From positions 3,104,001 through 3,168,000 of the forward strand of contig OZ244048.1 in assembly GCA_965215265.1 (NCBI GenBank): 64,000 nucleotides of DNA. The letters are read 5' to 3'. Under the pieces are notes generated by a model, which made no database searches, was not told the origin of the DNA, and saw nothing but the letters and a program-made list of their open reading frames with translations. Numbering within the stretch: the stretch's first letter is position 1; each line of letters opens with the position of its first letter. Shown in pieces: positions 8,064 to 18,132 of the stretch. The DNA comes from Candidatus Poribacteria bacterium. Its GTDB lineage: Bacteria; Poribacteria; WGA-4E; WGA-3G. A program made the position numbers and the translations under genes.

Positions 8064-9692
8064 ATGACAACATTACCAAACAAAATCAACCTCAATCTGG
8101 ACGGTGAGACAGAAATCTCAGTCAAAGGTATCATCGCACCGATTGAGTATTCCTCATATAACTTTCATGTAGAGTGGGAGGCATTGGCAAGTCTACGCGT
8201 CGCTGAGCCAGAAAAACAGCATCCCGTCTCAATTTTCTGTGACTTTCTTCCTAAGGAAGCTGTTTCTGTCGGTACGCCTTGGGAGATTGAGCACGCGGGT
8301 GCTCTGGAGCTGCTGAAGCAACTTCATCCCCGTCCATCTCTGGATATGCGTGCGGATCTGCAGTACCGTAAAGACGAATCTCAAGGACTGTGGGCATGCC
8401 TCCGCGCCTACGACGATGAATTCGCCGATGTTGTGTTCCGTATTCATGCGCAATTTGACCTAAAGGATGGTTGGTTCACGCCTTCCCAGTTTACAGGACA
8501 TCTTGTTATTGATAGAATAAAAAGATCGGTTGCCTTCTTTCGGATGTCCGTTCCTGAAGGCACCATAAACTTTGATGTTAAATGGAAAGCCCCAGAGGGT
8601 TTTGAGACCGAAACATGGATTACCGATAGCGGCTTCTGCCCGCAAATGGAACTCCGCGCCGGAATAGAAAACGCTGTGCAAAACACTAAATTCGTTGAAT
8701 CCATTACACAAGAAGAAGTGGAGCACAAATTGATTCTCTGCTTCTATAAATCGCAGCAAATTAACTGGGTGTCACTTGAAGAAGCGTTGGAGATGGCTCC
8801 TGCACAACAGAAACCGATCCACGCTATCTCAATAGATGGCCCGCTCGCTGATGAATCCTGCTGAGGGAGTGGGAAAAACTTGAGGGCAGGTGTCCTCTCT
8901 AATGATCGAATCATTGAATTCTTGAACGATAATTTCATCAATACCTGGGGAGGCAATGCTGATTTAGGACGTATCCATAGTCTGCGGGAACCGATTGCCA
9001 AAAGACGCGAGCGTGAAGGTAAGACGTTTGACACAACACACCCCTTGGCACAAGCAATTATCAAGGGGTGGAAAACCGGATCAAAAAAAGAGTCATCGGT
9101 GGATTGCTTGGTTATATCGCCAGAATTTGAACTGATGGGCAGACAACCTGTTAGTGAACTCCGCGAAGATATTAGGTATAATAGACTCCTAAGGGATGAG
9201 TATTATCTAACATTTTTCAAGGAAGCTTTGGCGGGGAAACAACCTGGTTTGGGGAACGTTATCCTCACGACTGAACATCCTTCGCAAGAGGTATTGGACA
9301 TTTTTCGGACACCAACCGTGGGGTATCAAGACTACACTGTTGTCGTGATTGATACCACAGCCTTTGAAAATGGAGGCACGTTAACTATTAACATTGAAAT
9401 CGGCAGGGAAGAGGGTGAAGCGGCGTTCTATCTGTTTGATGGCGACACCGAACTCTCCACAGAAGAAGAAAAAACGAAAGATATGCTCACTTGGACATGG
9501 GGTGAACCCGGTGACACCCGCCAAATCATGCATCGTTTTGACCGAGGTCAATTTTTTAAATTAGGTGCTACTGGACATTGGCCGAAAGACGAACCGTGTA
9601 TCAACGCTTTTCAAGCACGAATTTCTGTAGCAGAGAATCAGCAAGTGGAATCTTTAGAAAGAGGGGGTCCTAAATCGGATGAGAACACCTGA
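8064..9692 (+). CDS. Selenoprotein N (SELENON)-like selenoprotein, 542 aa, Sec at codon 267 (TGA 8862-8864)
   Basis: ORFs 8064..8864 and 8880..9692 are in the same frame and separated only by TGA. Readthrough gives LADESC-U-GSGKNLRAGVL, matching the SELENON redox motif SCUGSG. Other SelN-like motifs: FRIHAQF, WFTPSQFTGHL, PQMEL, FLNDNFINTW. Confidence 0.85.
8865..8897 (+). promoter_or_regulatory. Putative bacterial SECIS element
   Basis: Hairpin GAGGGC-AGGT-GTCCTC (8882-8897); the apical loop G lies 25 nt after the UGA. Confidence 0.65.
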
Positions 9693-9713
9693 GTTGCGAG
9701 ATAGGTAGAAAGT

Positions 9714-9896
9714 CGTGTCCTGAAGGACACGGTTTGCCCACTGAGACAAGCTTACCGAACCCCGACCCCTGCCATCTATAGATTGGCAAGATAAGGTAAT
9801 CTTTGCTATCCTCGAGGATAGCAAAGAAAACGAAGTTGAGGGTAAAAGGTAAGTTTACGAAACCTTGCAGGTTTCGCAAACTACCTCTCCCTCAAC
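9714..9896. repeat. Cluster of palindromes (REP/MITE-like)
   Basis: CGTGTCC-TGAA-GGACACG (9714-9731); perfect 28-bp palindrome TCTTTGCTATCCTCGAGGATAGCAAAGA (9800-9827); long imperfect hairpin GTTGAGGG...CCCTCAAC (9835-9896). Confidence 0.8.
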
Positions 9897-9946
9897 CGAA
9901 CTTGCCAACCCACTGGGCAGCCTTTATTGGGCTCCTGTAGACAAAA

Positions 9947-10168
9947 AATATTCAGGTCGGGAACGCAGCCCCTGACGGTTCATTTGATCTCTTTGACAGC
10001 AACACTGAACTTCCGACAGAAGGCATACCTGAGGCGGCAGTCGCCTCAGCGTGGGGAATCAAATCCGGTAAAACTGAAAAAATCAAACACCGTTTTGAGC
10101 ATAGTGAGGTTTTTAAACTTGGGGCTACCGGCGACGGGTTTCGCCAGAAGAAATCTGTAAATGCCTGG
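9947..10168 (+). pseudogene. Remnant of a second copy of the C-terminal domain of the SelN-like protein
   Basis: A start-less frame reads NIQVG..FDLFDSNTELPTE..AWG..IKHRFEHSEVFKLGATG..VNAW, versus NIEIG..FYLFDGDTELSTE..TWG..IMHRFDRGQFFKLGATG..INAF in the upstream gene. Confidence 0.75.
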
Positions 10169-10379
10169 ATTCTCTTTATTGAGGCAGAGATTTCATTGTT
10201 TTGCTTGAGACAGGCGGCTGTGTGAACGTGATACCGAGTTGATAAGAGACGATGGTAAACAAATCACTGCACCTTGTTTCGCACTCTGTTCTAATATCTT
10301 ATCAACCGTTTTAAACCTCTTGGCAAAGTCATGATGCGGGACTCAAATCAGGACTTCATTTCGTGGTGCCTAATTTCAA

Positions 10380-11345
10380 CTACATTTCACGCAAGGCATC
10401 AACGACTCGCTGCATATCGGTAGGCAGGGGTGCGGAAAAGATTAAACGTTCGTCTGTGATTGGATGCGTGAATGCAAGCGTGCGTGCATGCAACGCCTGA
10501 CGGTTCAGCTGCACGAGTGCTTGCTTGATACTGTGAGTGCCTGCATCGTGCAGGGCACGCTTTTTCCCACCATAAATTGCATCCCCTGCAATCGGATGCC
10601 CGATGTGTTGCAAATGCACGCGGATTTGATGGAGCCTTCCAGTTTCTAACCTAAGTCGAACGAATGCGAATTTCTGGTAACTTTCTAGGACCTGATAGTG
10701 CGTGACAGCATGCCGTCCACCGGTTTCTACTGTTGTCATCCTCCGCCGGTCCCGGGGGCTCCGAGCAATTTGGGCATCAATCGTTCCGATATCTTTCGTA
10801 GGGGTTCCACATACTACAGCAAGATATTGCCGCTCGTTCGTATGCGCTTCAAATTGAAGAGAGAGCTCTCGGTGGACTACATCTGTTTTAGCTGCGACAA
10901 GAACCCCAGAGGTGTCTTTATCAAGTCTGTGCACAATCCCAGGGCGTTCCACGCCACCAATACCGGAAAGATCCGTGCAATGCGCCAGAAGAGCATTGAC
11001 GAGTGTTCCTGTGTTAACGCGATTTGCAGGATGAACAAGCATGCCCGCAGGCTTGTTGATGACAACTAGGTGCCTGTCCTCGTACAAAATATCAAGGGCG
11101 ATAGTTTCAGCTTGGGCGGTTTCCAAAGGACGCGGTTGTGGAATAGTGAGATACAGCCGGTCTCCAGTGCGAAGAGAATAACTCGGTTGTTTTGATACTT
11201 TGCCGTTGACAGTGACAGCACCTTCACGAATTAATTTCTGGAGATAGGTGCGAGATACACCTTCAGTTGCATCAAGAAGAAACCGATCTAAACGGATCCT
11301 ACTATGCTCCGTTTGAATATAGTAACTTTGCGTCTCGCTTTCCAT
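10380..11345 (-). CDS. rluD: RluA-family 23S rRNA pseudouridine synthase with S4 domain
   Basis: RLDRFL S4 domain, NKPAGMLVHP, RPGIVHRLDKDTSG, LETGRLHQIRVH, RQALHA. Confidence 0.9.
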   Translation of the reverse strand: MESETQSYYIQTEHSRIRLDRFLLDATEGVSRTYLQKLIREGAVTVNGKVSKQPSYSLRTGDRLYLTIPQPRPLETAQAETIALDILYEDRHLVVINKPAGMLVHPANRVNTGTLVNALLAHCTDLSGIGGVERPGIVHRLDKDTSGVLVAAKTDVVHRELSLQFEAHTNERQYLAVVCGTPTKDIGTIDAQIARSPRDRRRMTTVETGGRHAVTHYQVLESYQKFAFVRLRLETGRLHQIRVHLQHIGHPIAGDAIYGGKKRALHDAGTHSIKQALVQLNRQALHARTLAFTHPITDERLIFSAPLPTDMQRVVDALREM

Positions 11346-11354
11346 AACGGAATC

Positions 11355-12182
11355 CTACTTAATGATGTTCTCTTCCTTTATTTCGATTCCCTCTTCAACT
11401 TCAAGAATCTCAGAGGGTTCAATTGTTTTCCCTCCAGAAGGAGAATGGGTTTCCACACGCATAATAGCCCCCTCTTGCGGAAGTGAACGCGGACTGTCAA
11501 ACATCAGAACCGGCTTGGAATTTTTGTTCGATATTTGCGACATAAGCGTCGGGGGCATCAGGAGTAGGAACTTACCGCCTGATGGCGTTGAACCGACCAT
11601 GACGCCACCGCCGGTCGCGTGAAGCGTCCGGAGACTTTCCAAAAGAGATTGGTGTGCCTCGCGCCTGATTTCAGGCACAACCTCTAAAGCTGCGTCCATC
11701 AGGTCTATGAGATCTGCGAGACTGGCAACGCCGGATTCTATTAACTCAAATACATCAACTGAAGGGCTCACTTCTGAGGAATCCGATACAGGTGCCTGAA
11801 GTAAATCTGCAAGTGGGTTGCCATCAGCGTCTTTTATATCAAGTACCTCAGCAATCTCAGCGAGTTCCTCTATCTCAAGTCTGTCAAGAAGTGCTAAGAA
11901 TTCCTCCAAGGATGCCTCATCAGGTTTCTCAGTTTCCTCATACTCCACTGCAGCACTCTCTGTCCCTGCATTGTCCGGTTCGAATGCTGTTTGCGGGGAG
12001 ATTGTCGTTACCACGGGTGACGGTTGTTCAACTGGAATATCGGTTTTCACGACTTTTTGTGGCGGAGTAGACAGCGATTCAGTAAACCGTTGGTGCGCTC
12101 GACGCGCGTAGAGGAAGATACCGGTGCAGATTACTAAGGTTAAAATCAGCACACCTCCGATAAATTTAACAGTGTATTGCAT
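11355..12182 (-). CDS. Hypothetical acidic membrane-anchored protein
   Basis: AAGGAG RBS, N-terminal TM helix, acidic low-complexity body. Confidence 0.7.
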   Translation of the reverse strand: MQYTVKFIGGVLILTLVICTGIFLYARRAHQRFTESLSTPPQKVVKTDIPVEQPSPVVTTISPQTAFEPDNAGTESAAVEYEETEKPDEASLEEFLALLDRLEIEELAEIAEVLDIKDADGNPLADLLQAPVSDSSEVSPSVDVFELIESGVASLADLIDLMDAALEVVPEIRREAHQSLLESLRTLHATGGGVMVGSTPSGGKFLLLMPPTLMSQISNKNSKPVLMFDSPRSLPQEGAIMRVETHSPSGGKTIEPSEILEVEEGIEIKEENIIK

Positions 12183-12346
12183 AGTTTGCTCCTTAATGGA
12201 ATTCGTTAGACTTATCGCTCAATATATAAGCTTGTCCGGCGTATGATGTTACAAAGTATTGAAATGCCATTTGAAAAAATGAAGTGCATTCACAAACGGC
12301 AAATTGGCACGTCACGTTTAGTTTTTCCTAAAAAGTCGTTCAGCCT

Positions 12347-13507
12347 CTATATTCTATACAACGTTCGCATTTGTTGGATAACCTGGGGTAATTTTGCGAT
12401 AACGTCGTCAATTTGGGTTTCTGTCGTATCTCTGCCGAGTGAAAATCTAACGGTGCCTTGTGCTAACCTCGGAGGTAACCGAAGCGCCGCAAGCACATGC
12501 GATGGTTCCATTGAGCCAGAGGTGCACGCCGAACCTGTTGACACACAGATGCCCTCCATGTCTAACCGCAAGATAAGGCTTTCTCCTTCAACGTTTTCAA
12601 AGGAGACATTGAGAGTCCCGGGGGCACAATGTTCAGGGTGTCCATTATAGTGAATATTTTTAATGTAGGTATCAAGTCCATGGCGTAGTCGCTGCCCTAA
12701 CTTATTAAGATGTGCGGCGTAAGTGGCTTGCTCTTTTTTAGCGAGCTCTGCTGCAACCCCAAGGCCGACAATAGCCGGTACATTCTCCGATCCGGCGCGT
12801 CGATTGCGTTCATGCGAACCTCCGTGGACGAGGTTTGCTAACCGGGTGCCTCGTCGGATGTAAAGTACGCCGATGCCTTTCGGTGCGTAAATTTTATGTC
12901 CTGATAACGATAGGAGGTTAATACCCAACGCCTGAACATTAATTTGCAACTTACCAACTGACTGCACTGCATCCGTGTGCATCGGTATTTCGTATTGCTT
13001 GGCGATTTCACATATCTCTTCGATCGGTTGGATGGTGCCGTTCTCGTTGTTGACGTGCATGATAGTTATGAGTACGGTTTCTTCACGGATAGCATCCAGT
13101 AGTTGTTCCAGGCGAATCCGGCCGTACCGGTCTACAGGTAAGTACGTCACTTCAAAGCCACGTTTCTCAAGATATTGACATGTATGCAGGACCGCGTGAT
13201 GTTCGACAGAAGAGGTGATGATATGGTTGCCATTTCCTCGGTTCTTTTCCAATTCAGTCAGTCCTTTGATGGCGTGATTATCCGCTTCGGTTCCGCTTGC
13301 GGTGAAAACAATTTCGCTGGGGCTTTTGGCACTGATGAGCTCTGCCACCTGTTCACGTGCGATGTCAATAGCATTCCGTGCCTCGCGCCCGTAAGCATGA
13401 ATACTGGATCCGTTCCCAAATGCGTTTGTCATATACGGCATCATTGCATCCAGTACTTCTGGTCGAATTGGTGTTGTTGCATTGTAATCCAAATAGATGC
13501 GTTGCAT
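12347..13507 (-). CDS. iscS: Cysteine desulfurase (IscS/NifS group I)
   Basis: IYLDYNATTP, SGHKIYAPKG (PLP lysine), STGSACTSG; start probably MQRIY. Confidence 0.9.
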   Translation of the reverse strand: MQRIYLDYNATTPIRPEVLDAMMPYMTNAFGNGSSIHAYGREARNAIDIAREQVAELISAKSPSEIVFTASGTEADNHAIKGLTELEKNRGNGNHIITSSVEHHAVLHTCQYLEKRGFEVTYLPVDRYGRIRLEQLLDAIREETVLITIMHVNNENGTIQPIEEICEIAKQYEIPMHTDAVQSVGKLQINVQALGINLLSLSGHKIYAPKGIGVLYIRRGTRLANLVHGGSHERNRRAGSENVPAIVGLGVAAELAKKEQATYAAHLNKLGQRLRHGLDTYIKNIHYNGHPEHCAPGTLNVSFENVEGESLILRLDMEGICVSTGSACTSGSMEPSHVLAALRLPPRLAQGTVRFSLGRDTTETQIDDVIAKLPQVIQQMRTLYRI

Positions 13508-13553
13508 AGTTGTGTCCAGGTTGTTGAAGCGGTGCATTGCCAGCGAATCGTGC

Positions 13554-14906
13554 CTACTTGTATGTCCGGTGATTCCGAAAGGTTATGCGATTAGAAGAAA
13601 TATCAACGTTGTCCAAACGTTCACGCCTAACGACACTTCCGTTTCTATTTAAAAACGAGAGGTTGACAGGATGTGTCCCTTCAGGAAGCGGTATCCGTAC
13701 CGTAAACATCCGATTCGGAAGTGTCCCCCAGGAACGTGTATCAGCCTTCTCCGTTATAATGTTGACAAGGTTGGTGAGCAACCCTAACGCTTTATTTTCA
13801 TTTTTTGCTTTTCGGTATGCCAAGTACTTTAGTAAGGCGCGCCCCAACGTTCGGAAGAGAATCACCGTGTGTTCAGCGTTAAGCGTTTCTATAGCGATTT
13901 TTTCGACATCTTCTACCAAAATACCTTTCGCTTGTGCTTGTCCGACTTTCACTTCAATTCCGGAAAGCTGGGGGCGTTGGGAGTGATAGGTCGGCATCTC
14001 AATGTGTAAGAGATATTCTAATTCAACGTCCGAATATGTTTTTCCCTGGCGCTTACGGAGCGTTGGGACAAATTCTGTAGCTTCTGTTTCATTATTTTTG
14101 CCAAATTTATCGGTTTTCAGGATAGGAAAGGTTAACGTTGTTTTGCCTTTCTGTGGAACGTATCCGGTTTCATAAAACAGGATCAGTTCTCCATAATTTT
14201 CTGGCCGCGCCGGTGGTTCGCCGTACTGCTTTTGATAATACGTGGCTTCTTGAGGGAATCCCAATTTACGTGCCAAGCGTACCAGAGAATGGCCTATATC
14301 TACGGGCAATGGCACGCCTGTCTTCTCAGCAGCACTTCGATAATTTACCTCTGCTTGTCGGTAAGAGATGAAAGCATCATTCCAGTCCCCTGAGGCTTCA
14401 AAGAGCATAGCGGATAAATACGCTAAAAATCCACTTGCAAAAAAATCGTAATCCTCGTTTTCATCCTTGTATGACTCAATCAAGCTTGTTGCTTGCCGGC
14501 ATTCTACCAGGGCCTCACTCAACTGATTGAGAGACACGTAATTAAGAATCTGATAATAGTAGGCTAAGAGTCTCTCGTACCGTTTACCGGGGTAAGGTTT
14601 TGCTAAATCAGAGGTAAGAAGCGAGAGTGCCTCTTTTGAAACGCTTTTAGTATAGAGATCTTCTGCGATTTCTTCCGCTTGAGCGAATGCCTTGTTACTA
14701 TCGTTAAAATGATTGGCGTAATGGGCAACCATCCCGAATTCAAACAGTAGCGGTAGTTCTGGTTTCTTCTCTGCCTTCTTTTTTAAGTTGGTGTAAGTTT
14801 TTTCATAATCTCCTGTCTCCAATGAGATGCGTAGTTCTTTCATGTTATAGCGGCTACACCCAATCACCAGCAATAGCGAAATCAGAACAGGTAAAATTTT
14901 TATCAT
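13554..14906 (-). CDS. COG3014-like lipoprotein
   Basis: Lipobox VIGC, YPGKRYERLL, ALVECR, EKADTRSWGTLP; adjacent to lpoB. Confidence 0.8.
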   Translation of the reverse strand: MIKILPVLISLLLVIGCSRYNMKELRISLETGDYEKTYTNLKKKAEKKPELPLLFEFGMVAHYANHFNDSNKAFAQAEEIAEDLYTKSVSKEALSLLTSDLAKPYPGKRYERLLAYYYQILNYVSLNQLSEALVECRQATSLIESYKDENEDYDFFASGFLAYLSAMLFEASGDWNDAFISYRQAEVNYRSAAEKTGVPLPVDIGHSLVRLARKLGFPQEATYYQKQYGEPPARPENYGELILFYETGYVPQKGKTTLTFPILKTDKFGKNNETEATEFVPTLRKRQGKTYSDVELEYLLHIEMPTYHSQRPQLSGIEVKVGQAQAKGILVEDVEKIAIETLNAEHTVILFRTLGRALLKYLAYRKAKNENKALGLLTNLVNIITEKADTRSWGTLPNRMFTVRIPLPEGTHPVNLSFLNRNGSVVRRERLDNVDISSNRITFRNHRTYK

Positions 14907-14973
14907 AATTTTCTTAGGGTATTTCTGGTATGAGAGGTCGAAGGGCCTCTCATACCAGAAGAAGTTCCGGTTT

Positions 14974-15606
14974 TTACATCTTATACTTTTTGCGTCCGAT
15001 AAACTTCTTAATTTTCTCGCCACCTATCCAGACTTTTTCATTCGTCTCAATATTGGTCAAGGTTAGATCCGTCTGATAAAACATGACTTGATTTCCGCCT
15101 TCACGATCTTCAATGGTGTTGATTTCGCCGGTCATCATGTAATCGGCACCGAGTTCTCTGCCCATCCGTTTAATCGTTTCGATCGCTGCGAATTCCCCCT
15201 GGTCAGCCCGTTCTTCGCGAATTTCCCCGCGTTCATTTGCGCTGGACACGGTGCGCACTTTCCCGGAATTGATAAATGCGCGCTCAATATCACTGATGAA
15301 TGTTTGCACAGCAATGTGTTCCATGCTCTTATTTCGGATGCCGCCGACAATCACCACAGGCTTTGCTGAGGCATCTGCCGTATGGTCGATAATCCACGGG
15401 TGACTTAGACAGTCCTCAATTATTGTCTCTGCTACCATGCGTGAATCAGTGTCGTTCCAACGTCCAGAGAGATCTATGGTAGTATCGCTTTCAACGCGCG
15501 TGACCTGTTTAGATGCACTGCATCCTGTAAAAACTATGAATCCAAGCAGTAAGTAGCATGCGAGATGGAAAGTGTTGTTTGCAAGTTTATGTTTTTTTTG
15601 ATACAT
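14974..15606 (-). CDS. lpoB: Penicillin-binding protein activator LpoB-like lipoprotein
   Basis: Lipobox FTGC, DLSGRWNDTDSR, GRELGADYMMTG, EKVWIG. Confidence 0.8.
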   Translation of the reverse strand: MYQKKHKLANNTFHLACYLLLGFIVFTGCSASKQVTRVESDTTIDLSGRWNDTDSRMVAETIIEDCLSHPWIIDHTADASAKPVVIVGGIRNKSMEHIAVQTFISDIERAFINSGKVRTVSSANERGEIREERADQGEFAAIETIKRMGRELGADYMMTGEINTIEDREGGNQVMFYQTDLTLTNIETNEKVWIGGEKIKKFIGRKKYKM

Positions 15607-15721
15607 GAGATATTCTCCTTTTTATAAAGAGGCCACAGTCAAATATGCCCTCAAAGCGCTCTAGTTTTCATAACAGAAATAGATGTGAATAAGAATTTGC
15701 GTGCTGTTCTTGAAAAATACG

Positions 15722-17515
15722 TTAAAAATCCAAATCGGATTCATCGACAATTTTCTCAATGAAAGTAGAAAGAGGAATTGCGCCGATGTCGCCTCCATCA
15801 CGGCTGCGAACGCTGACGGTTCGGTTTTCTTGTTCACGTCCGCCGATAATTAACATATACGGAACTCGTTGCAAGCGAGCTTGCCGAATTTTCGCACCGA
15901 TTTTATCATCACTTGCATCTAAGTGCACCCGGCATCCCTTCTGCAACAAAAGTTGTTGCACTTCTCTTGCATAATCAGCAAAACGTTCGCTAATAGTCAT
16001 CACAACGCACTGTACGGGTGCGAGCCATGTCGGGAAGGCACCTGCATAGTGCTCAATAAGCATGGCGATGAACCTTTCAAAGCTGCCACATATTGCACGA
16101 TGGATAACGACGGGCCGTTTTTCACTGCCGTCTGCTGCGACATAAATGAGTTCGAAACGTTCGGGTAACTGGAAATCGAGTTGAACGGTGGCACATTGCA
16201 CTTCACGGTTAATCGAATCCCGTACCTGAAAATCGAGTTTGGGGCCATAAAAGGCAGCTTCGCCAGCGTCTACAGTATACTCAATCTGATTGTTTTTCAA
16301 GACGTTTTCAAGGATTTCTTCGGCATGATTCCAGATTTCGACATCGCCCATAAACTTTTCCGGGTTGCGTGTGCTCAAATTGCACCGGAAGGGCAGATCG
16401 AAGGTGCCGTAGATACGTCGGAAGAGTGCAAGGATGCGCTCATATTCGGCAGCAATTTGGTTTTGCGTGACAAAGTTATGAGCGTCATCTTGGCAAAGTT
16501 GACGAACACGGGATAGCCCGCTCAAAGTTCCGGTGGCTTCGTTCCGATGTAATACGCCCTGGTCATAGAGGCGGTAGGGCAAATCCCGGTAACTGTGCCG
16601 TTTGCTTTTGTAAATCAGCATGTGTGCTGGGCAATTCATCGGTTTGAGCGCGCTGGTTGATTCACCGTTTTCGTTTTGCAGGAGGAACATATCATCCCTG
16701 AAGTGTTCCCAATGCCCTGACGTTTCCCAGAGGCTGCTGTTGTAGATAAGAGGTGTCCGTACCTCGTTATAGCCCTCGCTGAGATAGAGTTTACGAACCT
16801 TTTCAGACAAGATATTGTAAATGAGGGTGCCTTTAGGGAGCCAAAACGGACTGCCAGGGGATTCGGGATGCATCTGAAAGAGTTCCAATTCGCGTCCTAA
16901 TTTACGATGATCCCGCTTCGCGGCTTCCTCTCGCTGTGTCAAGTAGGCTTTGAGGGCGGACTTGCTATCCCAGGCAGTACCGTAAATGCGTTGCAGCTGC
17001 TCTCGATTGCTATCGCCTCGCCAGTATGCGCCTGAGACGCGGAGCAATTTGAAATGGCGGCACTCGCCTGTTGTGTCAATGTGAGGGCCCTTGCAGAGGT
17101 CGGTGAAGTCGCCGTTATGGTAAATGGAGACACCCTCTTCGGCAACGCCTTCATCAGTTGCGCTGACTTCCTGGTCCGAGATGCCATCAATGAGCTCCAA
17201 TTTAAACTTCTGAGCCCGTTCGGCGAACCATGTGCGCGCTTCGTCGTACCCCCAGATCTCTTGTTGAAAAGGCACATTGGCTTTAATCATCGCCTTCATG
17301 TGCATCTCTATTTCTGGAAAATCGTCTGGGGTTATAGGCCGCGGCACCTCCATATCATAATAAAATTCATTTTCAATCGGCGGACCTATAGCGAGTTTTA
17401 CACTGCTTTCGCCATCTGGAAACAGTTGTTGCACCGCATACGCCATAATGTGTGCCGTGGAATGGCGTAGACGTTGTAAATACTCAACTTTATCGAGTTG
17501 ATTGGATTCAGGCAT
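15722..17515 (-). CDS. thrS: Threonine--tRNA ligase (short form without the TGS domain)
   Basis: RHSTAH, DLCKGPH, RDHRKLG, KPMNCP, GLSRVR, AFYGPK, IHRA, IEHYAG. Confidence 0.97.
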   Translation of the reverse strand: MPESNQLDKVEYLQRLRHSTAHIMAYAVQQLFPDGESSVKLAIGPPIENEFYYDMEVPRPITPDDFPEIEMHMKAMIKANVPFQQEIWGYDEARTWFAERAQKFKLELIDGISDQEVSATDEGVAEEGVSIYHNGDFTDLCKGPHIDTTGECRHFKLLRVSGAYWRGDSNREQLQRIYGTAWDSKSALKAYLTQREEAAKRDHRKLGRELELFQMHPESPGSPFWLPKGTLIYNILSEKVRKLYLSEGYNEVRTPLIYNSSLWETSGHWEHFRDDMFLLQNENGESTSALKPMNCPAHMLIYKSKRHSYRDLPYRLYDQGVLHRNEATGTLSGLSRVRQLCQDDAHNFVTQNQIAAEYERILALFRRIYGTFDLPFRCNLSTRNPEKFMGDVEIWNHAEEILENVLKNNQIEYTVDAGEAAFYGPKLDFQVRDSINREVQCATVQLDFQLPERFELIYVAADGSEKRPVVIHRAICGSFERFIAMLIEHYAGAFPTWLAPVQCVVMTISERFADYAREVQQLLLQKGCRVHLDASDDKIGAKIRQARLQRVPYMLIIGGREQENRTVSVRSRDGGDIGAIPLSTFIEKIVDESDLDF

Positions 17516-17683
17516 GACGTTCTACTCTCTTTAAAAAACTGTATTAAATTTAACGGCTCTCTCAAAACTCCGTTTACGTTAATATTTTACAAGATATAGC
17601 TGGAAAATGCCAATTAAAAATACCGGTGAATCTGATGGAAAAGAGAGATTGGCAATTGCAATGTAATTGGGAGCAGTTTTAGA

Positions 17684-17757
17684 TGGGCGGTACAGGACTT
17701 GAACCTGTGACCTCTTGCATGTCAAGCAAACGCTCTAGCCACCTGAGCTAACCGCCC
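17684..17757 (-). tRNA. tRNA-Val(GAC)
   Basis: GGGCGGTTAGCTCAG...TTTGC-TTGACAT-GCAAG...GGTTCAAGTCC..CCGCCCA cloverleaf. Confidence 0.95.
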
Positions 17758-17770
17758 GTTTATGGTAAGA

Positions 17771-17845
17771 TGGAGGTGGCGGTCGGAATCGAACCGACGA
17801 ATAAGAGTTTTGCAGACTCTGGCCTTACCACTTGGCTACGCCACC
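17771..17845 (-). tRNA. tRNA-Cys(GCA), CCA encoded
   Basis: GGTGGCGTAGCCAAGTGGTAAGGC..AGAGT-CTGCAAA-ACTCT..GGTTCGATTCC..GCCACCTCCA. Confidence 0.95.
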
Positions 17846-17852
17846 GTTAGGA

Positions 17853-17924
17853 AGCGGGAGACGAGATTTGAACTCGCGACCTCCACCTTGGCAAGGTGGA
17901 GCTCTACCACTGAGCTACTCCCGC
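17853..17924 (-). tRNA. tRNA-Gly(GCC)
   Basis: GCGGGAGTAGCTCAGTGGTAGAGC..CCACC-TTGCCAA-GGTGG..GAGTTCAAATCTC..TCCCGCT. Confidence 0.95.
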
Positions 17925-17980
17925 ATAATTTTCAAAGTCTATGCACGGAAAATTGCGCGACTCTACAAAATATCATATAT

Positions 17981-18009
17981 ATTTTAACACATTTTTCTAA
18001 AAATGTCAA
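17981..18009 (-). promoter_or_regulatory. sigma70-type promoter of the tRNA operon
   Basis: TTGACA-17 nt-TAAAAT on the minus strand. Confidence 0.7.
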
Positions 18010-18132
18010 ATTAATTTTTGATTAAAATAAAATAGGTAATTTTGCCAAGGTTTTTCGCAAAAATGCGTCTACGCATACACCGTAAACCAGAGAAAATATC
18101 CAATGTATTTTTAGGGTTTACTATCATCGAAA

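Noticed and set aside
12347-13507. Cysteine desulfurase as a dedicated selenium-delivery partner of the SelN-like gene
   Set aside because: Ordinary group I IscS motifs, opposite strand and a different operon; no sel genes in the window.
17762-18025. 87-aa + strand ORF
   Set aside because: Antisense to tRNA-Cys and tRNA-Gly.
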